A stretch of 51,137 bases of DNA from Gemmatimonas sp. GTDB taxonomy: Bacteria; Gemmatimonadota; Gemmatimonadetes; Gemmatimonadales; Gemmatimonadaceae. Of the stretch, positions 27,940-38,792 are shown piece by piece. Position numbers and translations under genes: made by a program. The notes beneath the pieces are model-generated. The model was not told the DNA's origin, searched no databases, and saw only the letters and a list, made by a program, of their open reading frames with translations. The stretch spans positions 1 through 51,137 of the forward strand of contig PNKF01000001.1 in the NCBI GenBank assembly GCA_013822285.1, given 5' to 3'. Positions within the stretch are counted from its first letter, which is position 1. Every line of letters starts with the position of its first letter.

Positions 27940-30150
27940 ATGAGACCCATGCGACTGCTTCGACCCCTCGCGTTCGTCGCGCTGGCCTTCCCGGCGCTCC
28001 TGTCCGCCCAGCAGCACAGCATGCACCACCCGGTGCAGCTCACGGCCGAGGATTACCAGCGCGCCGAGCGCTGGCTGGGCCAGAACGTGGCGCCGATGGT
28101 GAGTGGCGCGGCGAACGGATTCACCTGGCTGCCGGATGGCCGCCTGTGGTATCGCGTGCAGACGGCGAGCGGGCCTGAGCTTCGCATCGTCGATCCGGCG
28201 CGCAACCAGAGCCGGACCTGCGTGCAGGGCACGGATCCCTGCCAGGCCACGCCGCCGGTACGCCCCGCGCAAGCCGCGCCGCCGCGCTCCAGCGTGAGCC
28301 CGGATGGCAGCAAGGCGGTGTTCATCCGCAACTACAACCTCTGGGTGAAGGACCTCACCACGGGTGTGGAGTCCCAGCTCACGGCGGATGGCGTCGAAGA
28401 TTTCGGCTACGCGACGAACAACGCCGGCTGGACGCACTCGGACGATCCGGTCGTCTCGTGGAGCCCGGATTCCAAGCGCCTCGCGACCTTCCAGCACGAT
28501 GGTCGTGGCGTTTCGATGATGTATCTCACGACCACCAACGTCGGCGCGCCGCGCCTGCAGGCCTGGCGGTATCCGCTGCCCGGCGACTCGGTGATCTTCC
28601 GCATCCACCGCGTCGTGATCGCCTTGGACGGCGGCAACGGCCGCCCGGCCGTGACGCGCCTGCAGATGCCTGCCGACCAGCATCGCTCGCGCGTCTCTGA
28701 CCACATCGAATGCGGCGGCGAACTCTGCGACCTCGAGTGGTTCCCCGATGGCTCGCAGCTCGCCTTCGTCTCGTCATCGCGCGACCACAAGCAGATGTGG
28801 ATGCGCGTGGCGAATGCGAGCACGGGCGAAGTCCGTACGCTCTACGAAGAGACCAGCCCCACGCACATCGGCGACGCCTCGACGGATGACGATCTCTGGC
28901 GCGTGCTGCCCTCGAGCAACGAGCTCATCCAGTGGTCGCAGCGCGACGGCTGGATGCATCTGTACCTGTTCGACCTGCGCACGGGTCAGCTGAAGAACCG
29001 CATCACGACCGGCGACGGCAACGTGACGCGCATCGTGCGCGTCGATGAACGCGCACGGCGCATCTACTTCACGGCGCAGGGCCGCGAGCCCGGCCGCGAC
29101 CCGTACTTCAACTCGCTGTACCGCGTGAACTTCGACGGGCGCCAGCTCGTGCATCTCACGCCGGAAGTCGGCAATCACAGCGTGCAGCTCTCACCGGATG
29201 CGCGCTGGATCATCGACACCTACTCGCAGCCGGACGTGCCGCCGGTCACCGTACTGCGCGACGGCAACACGGGCCGCGTCGTCCGCGAGCTCGCACGCGT
29301 CGACATCTCGCGCCTCACGGCGGCGGGCTGGAAGGCCCCGCAGCCCTTCAGCGTCAAGGCGCGCGACGGCCAGACGGATCTGTACGGCCTGATGTTCACG
29401 CCGACGAACATCGACAGCACCAAGAAGTACCCGATCATCAACTACATCTATCCGGGTCCGCAGGGCGGCTCGGTGGGCTCGCGCTCGTTCTCGCCGGCCC
29501 GCGGTGATCACCAAGCGCTCGCCGACCTCGGCTTCGTCGTGGTGCTCATCGACGGCATGGGCAGCTCGCCGCAGCGCTCCAAGGCCTTCCACGACGCGTA
29601 CTACGGCCGCATGAATGACAACAGCATCCCCGACCAGGTGGCGGGCATGCAGGAACTCGCGCGGCGCCATCGCTTCATCGACATCGAGAAGGTCGGCATC
29701 TGGGGCCACTCGGGCGGCGGCTTCGCCACGGCGGCCGCGATGTTCCGGGCGCCGGAGTTCTTCGACGTCGGCATCGCCGAGTCGGGCAACCACGACAACC
29801 GTAACTACGAAGACGACTGGGGCGAGCGCTATCAGGGCCTGCTCGTGCGCAACGGCAACAGCGACAACTACGCGGCCGAGGCCAACCAGACGCACGCCGC
29901 CAATCTGCGCGGCAAGCTCTTCCTGATCCACGGCATGATGGACGACAACGTGCCGCCGTCGAATACGCTGCTGGTCGCGGATGCACTCATGAAGGCCAAC
30001 AAGGACTTCGACATGATCATGCTGCCGAACCAGCGCCACGGCTTCGGTGTGGACGGCATGTACATCATGCGCCGGCGCTGGGACTACTTCGTGACGCACC
30101 TGCAGGGCAACCTGCCGCCGAAGGAGTATCGCATGGGGCAGCGCCGCTGA
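27940..30150 (+). CDS. S9B dipeptidyl peptidase IV-like serine peptidase, secreted
   Basis: Signal peptide; DPP IV N-terminal propeller; YPGPQ; nucleophile GHSGG; HG..DDNV; RHGF. Confidence 0.95.
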   Translation: MRPMRLLRPLAFVALAFPALLSAQQHSMHHPVQLTAEDYQRAERWLGQNVAPMVSGAANGFTWLPDGRLWYRVQTASGPELRIVDPARNQSRTCVQGTDPCQATPPVRPAQAAPPRSSVSPDGSKAVFIRNYNLWVKDLTTGVESQLTADGVEDFGYATNNAGWTHSDDPVVSWSPDSKRLATFQHDGRGVSMMYLTTTNVGAPRLQAWRYPLPGDSVIFRIHRVVIALDGGNGRPAVTRLQMPADQHRSRVSDHIECGGELCDLEWFPDGSQLAFVSSSRDHKQMWMRVANASTGEVRTLYEETSPTHIGDASTDDDLWRVLPSSNELIQWSQRDGWMHLYLFDLRTGQLKNRITTGDGNVTRIVRVDERARRIYFTAQGREPGRDPYFNSLYRVNFDGRQLVHLTPEVGNHSVQLSPDARWIIDTYSQPDVPPVTVLRDGNTGRVVRELARVDISRLTAAGWKAPQPFSVKARDGQTDLYGLMFTPTNIDSTKKYPIINYIYPGPQGGSVGSRSFSPARGDHQALADLGFVVVLIDGMGSSPQRSKAFHDAYYGRMNDNSIPDQVAGMQELARRHRFIDIEKVGIWGHSGGGFATAAAMFRAPEFFDVGIAESGNHDNRNYEDDWGERYQGLLVRNGNSDNYAAEANQTHAANLRGKLFLIHGMMDDNVPPSNTLLVADALMKANKDFDMIMLPNQRHGFGVDGMYIMRRRWDYFVTHLQGNLPPKEYRMGQRR

Positions 30151-31313
30151 TGCGCATGCGTTCCGGTCTCATCGTCGCCTTCGCCGCTGCGGGCCTCGCC
30201 TGCGGCGGTGATGGCGGGACGCGCAGCGTCTCCGACGCCGCCGGCGTCGTGGTGGAGTCCACGCCCTTCCTCACGATCGGTGTCGAGGAGGGGGAAGACG
30301 CCTACCAGTTTGAACGGGTGGTCGACGCGCTCGTGAGCGTCGACGGTCGCATCCTCGTGGCCGACGGGGATGCGCATGAGCTGCGCATCTTCGATTCCAC
30401 CGGCAAGCATGTCTCGACGCTCGGCCGCGTCGGCGCAGGCCCGATGGAGTTCAACGAGGGCTCGTCGGGGTTCCTCTACGCCAATGCCAACACGCTGCTC
30501 GCGGCCGACGAAGGTGCCATGCGCGTGCACGTGCTGGCGCCCGATCTCACGTTCCGTGAGACGCGTCGCTTCACGTTGTATCCGGACACGCCACGCCCCT
30601 ACTTGCAGGGCTTGGCCGCGAACGGCGACTGGGTCGTGCAGGCCTTCGCGAACGGCGGTGCCATTCGCGGTGCGCCCGGGCAGATCTTCAACACCAACTA
30701 CCAGCTGCTGCGCTACGATTCCACCGGCGCGATGCTCGATACGATCATCCAGCTGCCGATGCGCCCGCGCCTGTTCCACGAGTTCGAGGGCCGCGTCCGC
30801 GCCATCTCGATTCCGCTCGCCTCGGAGCCGCTCTTCGCCGTCGACGGCGATCGCTTGATCATCGTCGGTGGCAATGCCCCCGCCATGCAGATCCACGCGC
30901 TCGACGGAACCGAGATCGGCGCCGAAGCCTGGGATCGGCCGCGGGTGCGCAGCGCAGACATCTGGGACGAGTACAAGCGGCAAGTGGCCGTCTCGATGAC
31001 TGGGCAGGCCGATAGCGCCCGCTACGCCAACTTCAACGCGCAGCCGCTGCCCCTCAGCGAGTTCGCGCCGCTGTACATCGGCGTGAAGCTCGACCCCAGC
31101 GGTCGCATCTGGCTCGAGCGCTTCCGCATGCCGCTCGATTCCACGCGCCAGTGGGACGTGCTCGACCGCGACGGCAAGCTCCTCGGGGCGGCCGAGACCC
31201 CGAAGGGCATCACCGTGCTGCGCTTTGCGAAGGATGTCATGATCGGTCGCAGCCGTGACTCGCTCGGCGTGCAACGGGTACAGTTGTATCGGGTACGATC
31301 TGCAGCACCCTGA
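30150..31313 (+). CDS. Lipoprotein, putative six-bladed beta-propeller
   Basis: Lipobox GLAC; motifs DGRILVAD, FDSTGK...GRVGAGPMEF, D.SGRIW and WDVLD.DG; TGATG coupling to the peptidase gene. Confidence 0.78.
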   Translation: MRMRSGLIVAFAAAGLACGGDGGTRSVSDAAGVVVESTPFLTIGVEEGEDAYQFERVVDALVSVDGRILVADGDAHELRIFDSTGKHVSTLGRVGAGPMEFNEGSSGFLYANANTLLAADEGAMRVHVLAPDLTFRETRRFTLYPDTPRPYLQGLAANGDWVVQAFANGGAIRGAPGQIFNTNYQLLRYDSTGAMLDTIIQLPMRPRLFHEFEGRVRAISIPLASEPLFAVDGDRLIIVGGNAPAMQIHALDGTEIGAEAWDRPRVRSADIWDEYKRQVAVSMTGQADSARYANFNAQPLPLSEFAPLYIGVKLDPSGRIWLERFRMPLDSTRQWDVLDRDGKLLGAAETPKGITVLRFAKDVMIGRSRDSLGVQRVQLYRVRSAAP

Positions 31314-31338
31314 ATTCGCCACCACCAGAGAGGCCTGT

Positions 31339-31803
31339 ATGCTCCGTCGTCTGCTTGTCGCTTCCGCCTTCGTCGCCCTCGCCGCGGTTCCGGCGCAGGC
31401 GCAGGTCCCGCTGCTCGACATCCGCCTCGGTGCGCACGGCGCGTTGCCGCAGGGCGACTTCGCCGACACGCACGATGCGGGCGTGGGCGCGTACTTCCGC
31501 GCGGGTGTGCCCCTGCTGCTGTTCAAGGTCATGGGCTCCGTGACCTACACGCAGTTCAAGTCGGCGAATCCGCTCACCGATGACGTGCAGGAGCTGATGC
31601 TGCAGGCTGGTCCGCACTTCTCGCCGCTGCCCTTGCTCGACCTTGGCGCCGAGGTCGGTTACACGACGGACGCGAAGGAATGGGCGTTCGCGCCGAACGT
31701 GTCGGTGGGGCTGCTGATGCTCGAGGCCACGGCGTCCTACGTGAAGCCGTTCAAGAGCGGCGCCAACAGCTTCGTCACGCTCGGCGTGGGGCTGCGCTTC
31801 TAG
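31339..31803 (+). CDS. Small outer-membrane beta-barrel protein (154 aa)
   Basis: Signal peptide ending AQA; amphipathic beta strands; C-terminal beta-signal LGVGLRF. Confidence 0.75.
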   Translation: MLRRLLVASAFVALAAVPAQAQVPLLDIRLGAHGALPQGDFADTHDAGVGAYFRAGVPLLLFKVMGSVTYTQFKSANPLTDDVQELMLQAGPHFSPLPLLDLGAEVGYTTDAKEWAFAPNVSVGLLMLEATASYVKPFKSGANSFVTLGVGLRF

Positions 31804-31850
31804 GCGTCGGCTACCGGCGTCGGCTACCGGCGTCGGCTACCGGCGTCGGC
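31803..31850. repeat. 13-bp tandem repeat GGCGTCGGCTACC x3.7
   Basis: Exact copies at 31803, 31816 and 31829 plus a partial copy at 31842-31850, lying between convergent genes. Confidence 0.95.
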
Positions 31851-31888
31851 CGTACGGGCGGTGAAGCCGACGACGCGGCGTCGCGGAC

Positions 31889-32611
31889 TCAGTCCCGCGG
31901 CGCCGCGTATCGCATGCGGTCGAGGATGATCACCGCACGGCGCGAGGCCACGCTGCCGTTCGGTGACCAGCGGCGCGGGCTCGGCAGGATCGCCGCCAGG
32001 CGCGCCGACTGTTCGCGCGAGAGTCGGGCCGCGCTGACGCCAAAGTGCCGTCGCGCCGCCGCCTCCGCGCCGAAGGTGCCATCGCCCCACTCGGCGAGAT
32101 TGAGGTAGAGGTCGAGGATGCGTTCCTTGGGCAGCGTCAACTCGAGCACCAGCGTGAGATAGGCCTCGAAGCCCTTTCGCACGAACGAGCGGCCTTCCCA
32201 GAGGAAGATGTTCTTCGCCACCTGTTGCGTGATCGTCGACGCGCCGCGGAGGCGGCCGCCGCGTTCGGCGCGCTCGATAGCCTTGTTGATCTCGACGAGA
32301 TCGAGGCCCCAATGCAGATAGAAGCGGTCATCCTCGGCGGCGAGCACCGCGCGACGCAGCGATGGCGCGATCTCGGCGCGGCCGACGACGTCGCGGCGCG
32401 GATACCAGGGGCGCTTGCCGTCGATGGCGCGCTGCACCGTGCGGCGCAGGATGACGGCGGTCGTCGGCGGCTGCAGGAAGTTGAAACTCAGGGAGATGAC
32501 GACGGGTGCCAGCAACGCGAAAAGCATCCCGCGCAGTAGCCAACGCCGGACGCGTGGCCAAGGGCGATGCGGCGAGGGACCAGGGGAGGGCGGTTCGCGC
32601 TCGAGTGACAC
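31889..32611 (-). CDS. mtgA: Monofunctional biosynthetic peptidoglycan transglycosylase
   Basis: GT51 motifs AAEDDRF..H.G.D, GASTITQQVAKN, RK..E, KERIL.LYLN and LAAILPSP; N-terminal TM; no transpeptidase domain. Confidence 0.95.
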   Translation of the reverse strand: MSLEREPPSPGPSPHRPWPRVRRWLLRGMLFALLAPVVISLSFNFLQPPTTAVILRRTVQRAIDGKRPWYPRRDVVGRAEIAPSLRRAVLAAEDDRFYLHWGLDLVEINKAIERAERGGRLRGASTITQQVAKNIFLWEGRSFVRKGFEAYLTLVLELTLPKERILDLYLNLAEWGDGTFGAEAAARRHFGVSAARLSREQSARLAAILPSPRRWSPNGSVASRRAVIILDRMRYAAPRD

Positions 32612-32728
32612 GCGTGAAAGCTACTGCGCCTCGGAAGTGTGCCGCGGGAGGTCTCCGATTCCAGCCGACGCGTGGCACTCCGTGCCGGCGGACGCTACTT
32701 TCGGCGCGTCTCTTCACCAGGTGAATCG

Positions 32729-35700
32729 ATGCTCCCCGTCCGGTCCGCTGTCGCTGCGATTGTCGTCGCCGTGCTTCCCCTCCAGATGCTGGTGTCGCAG
32801 GCTGTGCCCGTGCCCGCGTCGGCTGCGGCCGAGTTGCCCATGCGTCCGATCGGACCGGCGCTGATGGGTGGCCGCATCGCCGACCTGGCGGTGCATCCCC
32901 GCGATGCACGCACCTGGTACGTGGCGGCGGGTTCTGGTGGCGTGTGGAAGACCACGAACAGCGGCGTGACCTTCGCGCCGATCTTCGAGCGACAGCCGTC
33001 CTTCTCGATCGGCGTGGTGACGCTCGATCCCAGCAACCCGGAAGTCGTCTGGGTCGGCACTGGAGAGAACGTCAGCGGTCGCCACGTGGGCTGGGGCGAC
33101 GGCGTGTATCGCTCGCGCGACGGCGGACGCAGCTGGCAGCGCATGGGATTGGCGAACTCGCAGCACATCGGTCGCATCCTCGTGGACCCGCGCGATGGCA
33201 ACACGGTGCTCGTGGCCGCGGAAGGTCCGCTGTGGTCGTCGGGCGGGGAGCGCGGGGTGTATCGCTCGACCGACGGCGGGGCGACATGGACCGCCGCGCT
33301 GCAGATCGATGAGAACACGGGTGTCACCGACATGGAGTTCGATCCGTCGAATCCCGATGTCGTGTATGCGGCCGCGTATCAGCGTCGCCGTCACGTCTGG
33401 GGATTCCTCGCCGGTGGCGCCGGCTCCGGCATCTACAAGTCCACCGACAACGGAAAGACCTGGCGCAAGCTGAGCACAGGCCTGCCCAGTGGCGAGATCG
33501 GTAAGATCGGCCTCGCCGTCACGCCGGCGGATCCCGCCCGCGTGTACGCCACCATCGAAGCGGCGGGCGACAAGCGAGGATTCTACGCGTCGATGAACCG
33601 CGGCGAGAGTTGGGAGCGCCGCAACGCCTACATCTCGGGCGGCACGGGCCCGCACTACTACCAAGAACTCGAGGCCTCGCCCAGCAACGCCGACCTCGTG
33701 TACCAGATGGACGTGTTCATCCAGGTCACGCGCGATGGCGGGCGATCATTCGCCAACCTCGAGACCGGCCACGACAAGCACAGCGACAATCATGCGCTGT
33801 GGATCGATCCGAGCGACGGCCGGCACCTGCTCGTCGGCACGGACGGCGGGCTCTACGAGAGCTTCGACGAGGGCCAGCGTTGGCGGCACTTCCCCAATCT
33901 GCCACTCTCGCAGCTGTACAAGGTCGCGTTGAATGACCGCTCGCCATTCTATGATGTGCTCGCCGGCGCACAGGACCTCGGGACGCTGCACGGGCCTTCG
34001 CGCACGCTGCACGGCGAAGGCGTTCGCAACCAAGATTGGTACGTCCCACTGGGTGCCGACGGCTACGGCGTGGCCTTCGAACCGGGTAATCCTGACCTGA
34101 TGTACCTGATATAGCAGGAGGGCATGCTCGCCCGGAAGGACCGTCGCAACGACGAGACGGTGATGATCAAGCCGCAGCCGGCCTCGACGGATGCACCCGA
34201 GCGCTGGAACTGGGATTCGCCGCTGCTCGTGAGCCCGCATCGCCCGGCCCGCATCTACTTCGGCTCGCAACGCGTCTGGCGCAGCGATGACCGCGGCGAC
34301 AGCTGGACGGCCATCAGCGGCGATCTCACGCTGGGCGGCCAACGCTATGCGCAGCGATTCTACGGGCGCACGCCCAGCGTCGACGCGCTCTTCGACCACG
34401 GCGCGATGTCCAAGTACGCCACGACGACGGCCATCAGCGAATCACCGAAGGCCGAGGGGACGCTGGCGGTGGGTACGGATGACGGGCTGGTGCAAGTCAC
34501 CACGGATGGCGGTGCCACCTGGACGCGCACGGCGCCACTCCCCGGCCTGCCCCCGCTGTCGTTCGTGAACGACGTCGAGTTCTCGCAGCACTCGGCGCAG
34601 ACGCTGTTCGTCGCGGCCGATGCGCACAAGATCGGCGACTTCACGCCGTTCCTCTTCGTGAGCGCAGACCTCGGACGCACGTGGCGCAGCATCGCCGGCG
34701 ACTTGCCGAAGGGCGCAATCGTCTGGGCGATCCAGCAAGACACGGAGTCTGGCCTGCTCTTCGCGGGCACGGAGCAGGGAGTGTTCTGGTCACCCAACGC
34801 GGGCACGAACTGGCATCGGCTCGGCAACATGCCGACGATCGCCGTGCGCGATATCAAGCTGCATCCGCGCGACCGCGATCTCGTCGCGGCAACCTTCGGT
34901 CGCGGCATCTTCGTCCTCGACGATTACACGGCGCTGCGCGCCATCGCGGCCGGTGCCCGGGCCGACGTGGCGACATTGCTGCCGTTGCGCGACGCTTGGT
35001 GGTACGTGCCGGCGGCGGTGGGACAGGCCCCGGGGCGTCCTGAGCTTGGCACCGATGACTACGTCACGGAGAATCCGCCGTTCGGGGCTGTCTTCACGTA
35101 CTACGTCGCGGGAATGCCGAGCACGGCGCAGGAGGCGCGGCGGTCCGAGGAAGGGCGACTGCGCGAGCGCGGCGCCGACATTCCGTTTCCTGGCTTCGAT
35201 CGCTTGCGCAGTGAACGTGCAGAGCCGGGTCCCCGCCTGGTCCTCGCGATTCGGGATGAATCGGGCGTGACGGTGCGCCTGCTCGAGCTGCCGTCACGCC
35301 CTGGGCTACAGCGCGTGAACTGGGATCTTCGCCACGCGAGTCCTGAGCCCGTGAACCTGAATCCGCCGGCGTTCCGTCCGCCGTGGGCGGGTGAGCCGCT
35401 GGGGCCGCTCGCGACGCCGGGGACCTATACCGCGCAGTTGCATCTCGTCTCCGCGTCCGGTGTGCGGGCGCTCGGTGAGGCGCAGCGCTTTGCCGTGAAG
35501 CCGGTGCCGTCGCTGCCGGGCGCGCCGGACTTCGTTGCAGCCGCAGCCTTCCAGCAGCGAGTCGCCGGACTGCAGCGGCGCGTCGCCGCGACCTCGCGCG
35601 AGCTAGGCAGTGCGCGTGAGCAGCTACGGCATGCGCGCGCATCGATTCCGGCCGCGGCGCGGCCGAACCCCGCGCTGTACGCGCAGGTGGATTCCCTCGA

Positions 35701-35992
35701 CGCCGCCGTCGCAGTGCTCGCCCGCCGCCTCAACGGCGACCCCGTGCGGGGCGACCTCGATGAATCGCAGGAGCAAGCCATCGCACCGCGACTCTGGGCT
35801 GCCGCGCAGTACGAACATCGCTACGCGCCGACGGCGACGCAGCGACGCGAGGCGGACCTCGCGGAGGCGGAGCTCAGCGTCCTGGAGCGGGATCTTGCCG
35901 CGTTGCTCAGCGGCGGCTTCGCGCGCTTGCACACTGCGATGGCGGCAGCGGGCGCTCCGTGGAGTGCGGGCCGCGGAGTGCGCGCGCCGTAG
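32729..35992 (+). pseudogene. Secreted VPS10/sortilin-like BNR-repeat protein (about 1087 aa) interrupted by an in-frame TAG at 34112-34114
   Basis: Signal peptide; Asp-box repeats (SRDGGRSW, STDGGATW, STDNGKTW, SDDRGDSW, TTDGGATW) on both sides of the stop; the two ORFs are in the same frame, 9 nt apart. Could be a sequencing error rather than a true pseudogene. Confidence 0.8.
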
Positions 35993-35999
35993 CCGATCG

Positions 36000-37568
36000 C
36001 TACGAGCTGCAGCTCAGCATCGAACACCCGGCCTTGTGCCGGGCCCAGTCGGGGCGCTTGGCGGCGAACGCCTCGCGCCCCGGCTGTGCATCGTAGGGAC
36101 GACGCAGCGTGTCGAGCAGCGCGTGCAGTACGGAGGCATCGCCCGCGGTCGCCGCGTCGATGGCTTGCTGTGCCAAATAGTTGCGCGGGACGAATCGCGG
36201 ATTGGCACGCTGCATCGCAGCCCGTGTAGCCGCCACATCGACGCTCGGCGCGAACCGCGCAGCCTGCCAGCGCCGGAGCCAGGCGGCTACCGCAGCGGTC
36301 TGGGCGTCACGCTTGGTTGGAGCGTAGAACATGTCGCCGAGCGCCGCGACGGCAGCCGCGTCGTCCGTCGGGATCTCGCCTTGCCAGTCGCTGAGCGCGC
36401 GGAAGAACAGCGTGTAGTCGCCCTCGACCTCATTGAGCCAGGCGAGCCCTTCCTGGGCCAGCGACTCGTGTGCGGCGTCGAAGTCGGGGAAACCGAACTT
36501 CGCCGCGAGCATGGCGCGGTACTCCGCGTTGAAGCGCTCGACGTACGCGCCGAGCCCCTCGCGCAGCGGCTCGATGTCGCTGAACAGCGGGCGCAGCGCA
36601 TCGGCGAAGCGCTCGAGATTCCACTGCGCGATCGCCGGCTGATTCGCGTAGCGATAGCGCCGTCCGCCCGCGTCGGTGGTGTTCGGCGTCCAGTGCGGGT
36701 CGAAGTCGTCGAGGAATCCGTACGGGCCATAGTCGATCGTCAGGCCCAGCACGCTCATGTTGTCGGTGTTCATGACGCCGTGCACGAAGCCGACGCGCAT
36801 CCAATGCACGATCATCGTCGCGGTACGCGTGCAGACCTCGTGGAACCACCGTGCGTAGCGCATGGGGTCCGCCGCGTCGATCTGCGGGAAGTCCCGCGCG
36901 ATCGTGAAGTCGGCGAGCTGGCGCAGCAAAGACTCATCGCCTCGCGCCGTCGCGATCTCGAAGTTGCCGAAGCGAATGAAGCTCGGCGCCACGCGGCAGA
37001 CGACGGCGCCGGGCTCCAATTGCGGATTGCCGTCGTAGAACATGTCGCGCAGCACGGGCTCGCCCGTCGTGACCACACTCAGGGCGCGCGTCGTCGGCAC
37101 GCCGAGGTGATGCATGGCCTCGGAGCAGAGAAACTCGCGGATGCTCGAGCGCAGCACCGCGCGGCCGTCGGCCGTGCGCGAGTATGGCGTGGGACCCGCG
37201 CCCTTGAGCTGCAGCTCCCAGCGCTCCCCGCGAGCGTTCACCACCTCACCGAGCGACATCGCACGTCCATCGCCGAGCTGGCCCGCCCAGTTCCCGAACT
37301 GGTGGCCGCCGTAGCACATCGCATACGGTTGCATGCCCGTGAGCAACGCATTGCCACCGAACACTTCGGCGAAGCGCTGCGACTCGTGGTCGCTGGGCCC
37401 GAAGCCCACGAGCTCGGCGACTTCGCGGGCATGGGCGAGGAGGGTCGGCTTCGCGACGGCCGTGGGGCGCACGGCGCTCCACGCGGCGCCAAGCACCTGG
37501 CGACGCTCGTTGGACTCGAGCGGATCGCCGGGGAGTTCGCGCACGAAGCGATTGTCGAAGGTCAGCAT
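36000..37568 (-). CDS. selO: Protein adenylyltransferase SelO/YdiU (522 aa)
   Basis: Motifs YGGHQFG...[39 protein letters not shown] and IDYGP; C-terminus CSMLSCSS. Confidence 0.96.
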   Translation of the reverse strand: MLTFDNRFVRELPGDPLESNERRQVLGAAWSAVRPTAVAKPTLLAHAREVAELVGFGPSDHESQRFAEVFGGNALLTGMQPYAMCYGGHQFGNWAGQLGDGRAMSLGEVVNARGERWELQLKGAGPTPYSRTADGRAVLRSSIREFLCSEAMHHLGVPTTRALSVVTTGEPVLRDMFYDGNPQLEPGAVVCRVAPSFIRFGNFEIATARGDESLLRQLADFTIARDFPQIDAADPMRYARWFHEVCTRTATMIVHWMRVGFVHGVMNTDNMSVLGLTIDYGPYGFLDDFDPHWTPNTTDAGGRRYRYANQPAIAQWNLERFADALRPLFSDIEPLREGLGAYVERFNAEYRAMLAAKFGFPDFDAAHESLAQEGLAWLNEVEGDYTLFFRALSDWQGEIPTDDAAAVAALGDMFYAPTKRDAQTAAVAAWLRRWQAARFAPSVDVAATRAAMQRANPRFVPRNYLAQQAIDAATAGDASVLHALLDTLRRPYDAQPGREAFAAKRPDWARHKAGCSMLSCSS

Positions 37569-38014
37569 CAGGCCTCCCACCGCACTTCGTCGCCGACGCG
37601 CAGCATCCCGCCAAGGATCACCTGGGCAAAGGCCCCGCCGCCCCAGTGCGGCGCGAGCTTCGCGCGTAGGCCCTCGCAGGCCTCGTCCATCCGCTCGCAG
37701 GGCGTCGTAGGTCCGCCGATCTTCACGAGCGTCGCACCGATGCGCAGCACGCGGTCGCGCGTCTCTTCGAGTCGGATGCCGCTGATCATCAGGTTCGCGC
37801 GGCGCGCGGCGTAGGGAATCGCCGCCTGCAACTCCTCCTGCACGCGATCCCACACCTCACGCTCGATGATCGTCACTTGCCGTCGCCGGCTCTTGCCGAC
37901 GCTGCCGGCCAAGCCTTCGCCGGCGATCAGCTCGCCCACGTCGAGGGCGTCCATCGTGCCGCGATGGGCGCGCTTCTGCCAGATCGCCTCGAGGCGCCCG
38001 ACCTGCTCAGGCAC
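37568..38014 (-). CDS. MOSC domain protein (about 148 aa)
   Basis: Motifs [15 protein letters not shown], conserved Cys in TTPCERM, and GG.LRVGDEV; overlaps both neighbouring genes. Confidence 0.88.
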   Translation of the reverse strand: MPEQVGRLEAIWQKRAHRGTMDALDVGELIAGEGLAGSVGKSRRRQVTIIEREVWDRVQEELQAAIPYAARRANLMISGIRLEETRDRVLRIGATLVKIGGPTTPCERMDEACEGLRAKLAPHWGGGAFAQVILGGMLRVGDEVRWEA

Positions 38015-38792
38015 CGGCCGCCACCAGTCGCTGGATCGCCTGCAAGCCGGCGTCGCCGACATCCAGCGACCATTCGTTCACGTACAGCTTGATGTGCTGC
38101 GCGCAGACCTCAGCGCTCATCTCCTGCGCATGCTGCCGCACGTACTCGGCGCTCGCCTGCGGATGGTCGAACGCATACTGCACGCTCGCGCGAATCGCGC
38201 GCTCGGCGGCGGCTCGCGTCTCGGCATCGAGGCCTGCGCGCGCGCAGATGCCAGCCAGCGGTACGGGCAGCGAGGTCTCGCGCTCCCACCACTCGCCCAA
38301 GTCCTGCGCCTTGTGCAGGCCGTGCTCGTGATACGTGAAGCGGCTCTCGTGGATGATCAGTCCCGCATCCACCTCGCCGCTGGCGACGGCGCGCAGGATC
38401 TTGTCGTAGCGGAGCTCGACGGTGTCGCGCAGCTGCGGCGCGGCGAGCCGCAGCAGGCGGAAGGCCGTCGTTTCCTTACCCGGGATCGCCACGCGGCCGC
38501 GCACCGCCTCGGCCAGCGTCATCGCGCTGCGCGTGACCACCAACGGGCCGACACCGTGCCCCAACGCGGCGCCGCTGCGCAGCATCGTGTAGCGATCGCC
38601 CACCGCCGCAAATGCGCCGACGCTCAGTTTGGTGAGATCGAAGGCGCCGTCATGTGCACGGCGATTGAGCTCCTCGATGTCGAGCAGCACGGGCTCGATG
38701 CGAAATGGCGCGTCGATCAGGCCGTGCGCCAACGCGTGGAACGCAAAGGTGTCGTTGGGGCAGGGCGAATAGCCGAAGGTCAGCGTACGCAT
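38007..38792 (-). CDS. mqnD: 1,4-dihydroxy-6-naphthoate synthase (futalosine menaquinone pathway)
   Basis: Motifs GYSPCPNDTF, DIEELN, ALG.GVGPL, AIPG..TTA, IIHESRFTY, DLGEWW, P.PL and HI.LYVN. Confidence 0.96.
   Translation of the reverse strand: MRTLTFGYSPCPNDTFAFHALAHGLIDAPFRIEPVLLDIEELNRRAHDGAFDLTKLSVGAFAAVGDRYTMLRSGAALGHGVGPLVVTRSAMTLAEAVRGRVAIPGKETTAFRLLRLAAPQLRDTVELRYDKILRAVASGEVDAGLIIHESRFTYHEHGLHKAQDLGEWWERETSLPVPLAGICARAGLDAETRAAAERAIRASVQYAFDHPQASAEYVRQHAQEMSAEVCAQHIKLYVNEWSLDVGDAGLQAIQRLVAAGA

Noticed and set aside
31803-31850. CRISPR array
   Set aside because: The 13-bp units are contiguous with no spacers, and no cas genes are present.
34112-34114. TAG reassignment or pyrrolysine decoding
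   Set aside because: TAG is the normal stop of many intact genes here (ending 6828, 9049, 12064, 31803, 35992, 41394, 45232, 51003), and no pyl genes or suppressor tRNA are in the window.
36000-36030. Selenocysteine in SelO
   Set aside because: There is no in-frame TGA; the Cys residues use Cys codons and the gene ends in TAG.
35610-37814. 734-aa plus-strand ORF and similar long antisense ORFs (e.g. 2692-4290, 19689-21062, 30084-31532, 37866-39365)
   Set aside because: They mirror well-supported genes on the opposite strand, have biased composition and show no motifs; expected at this GC content.
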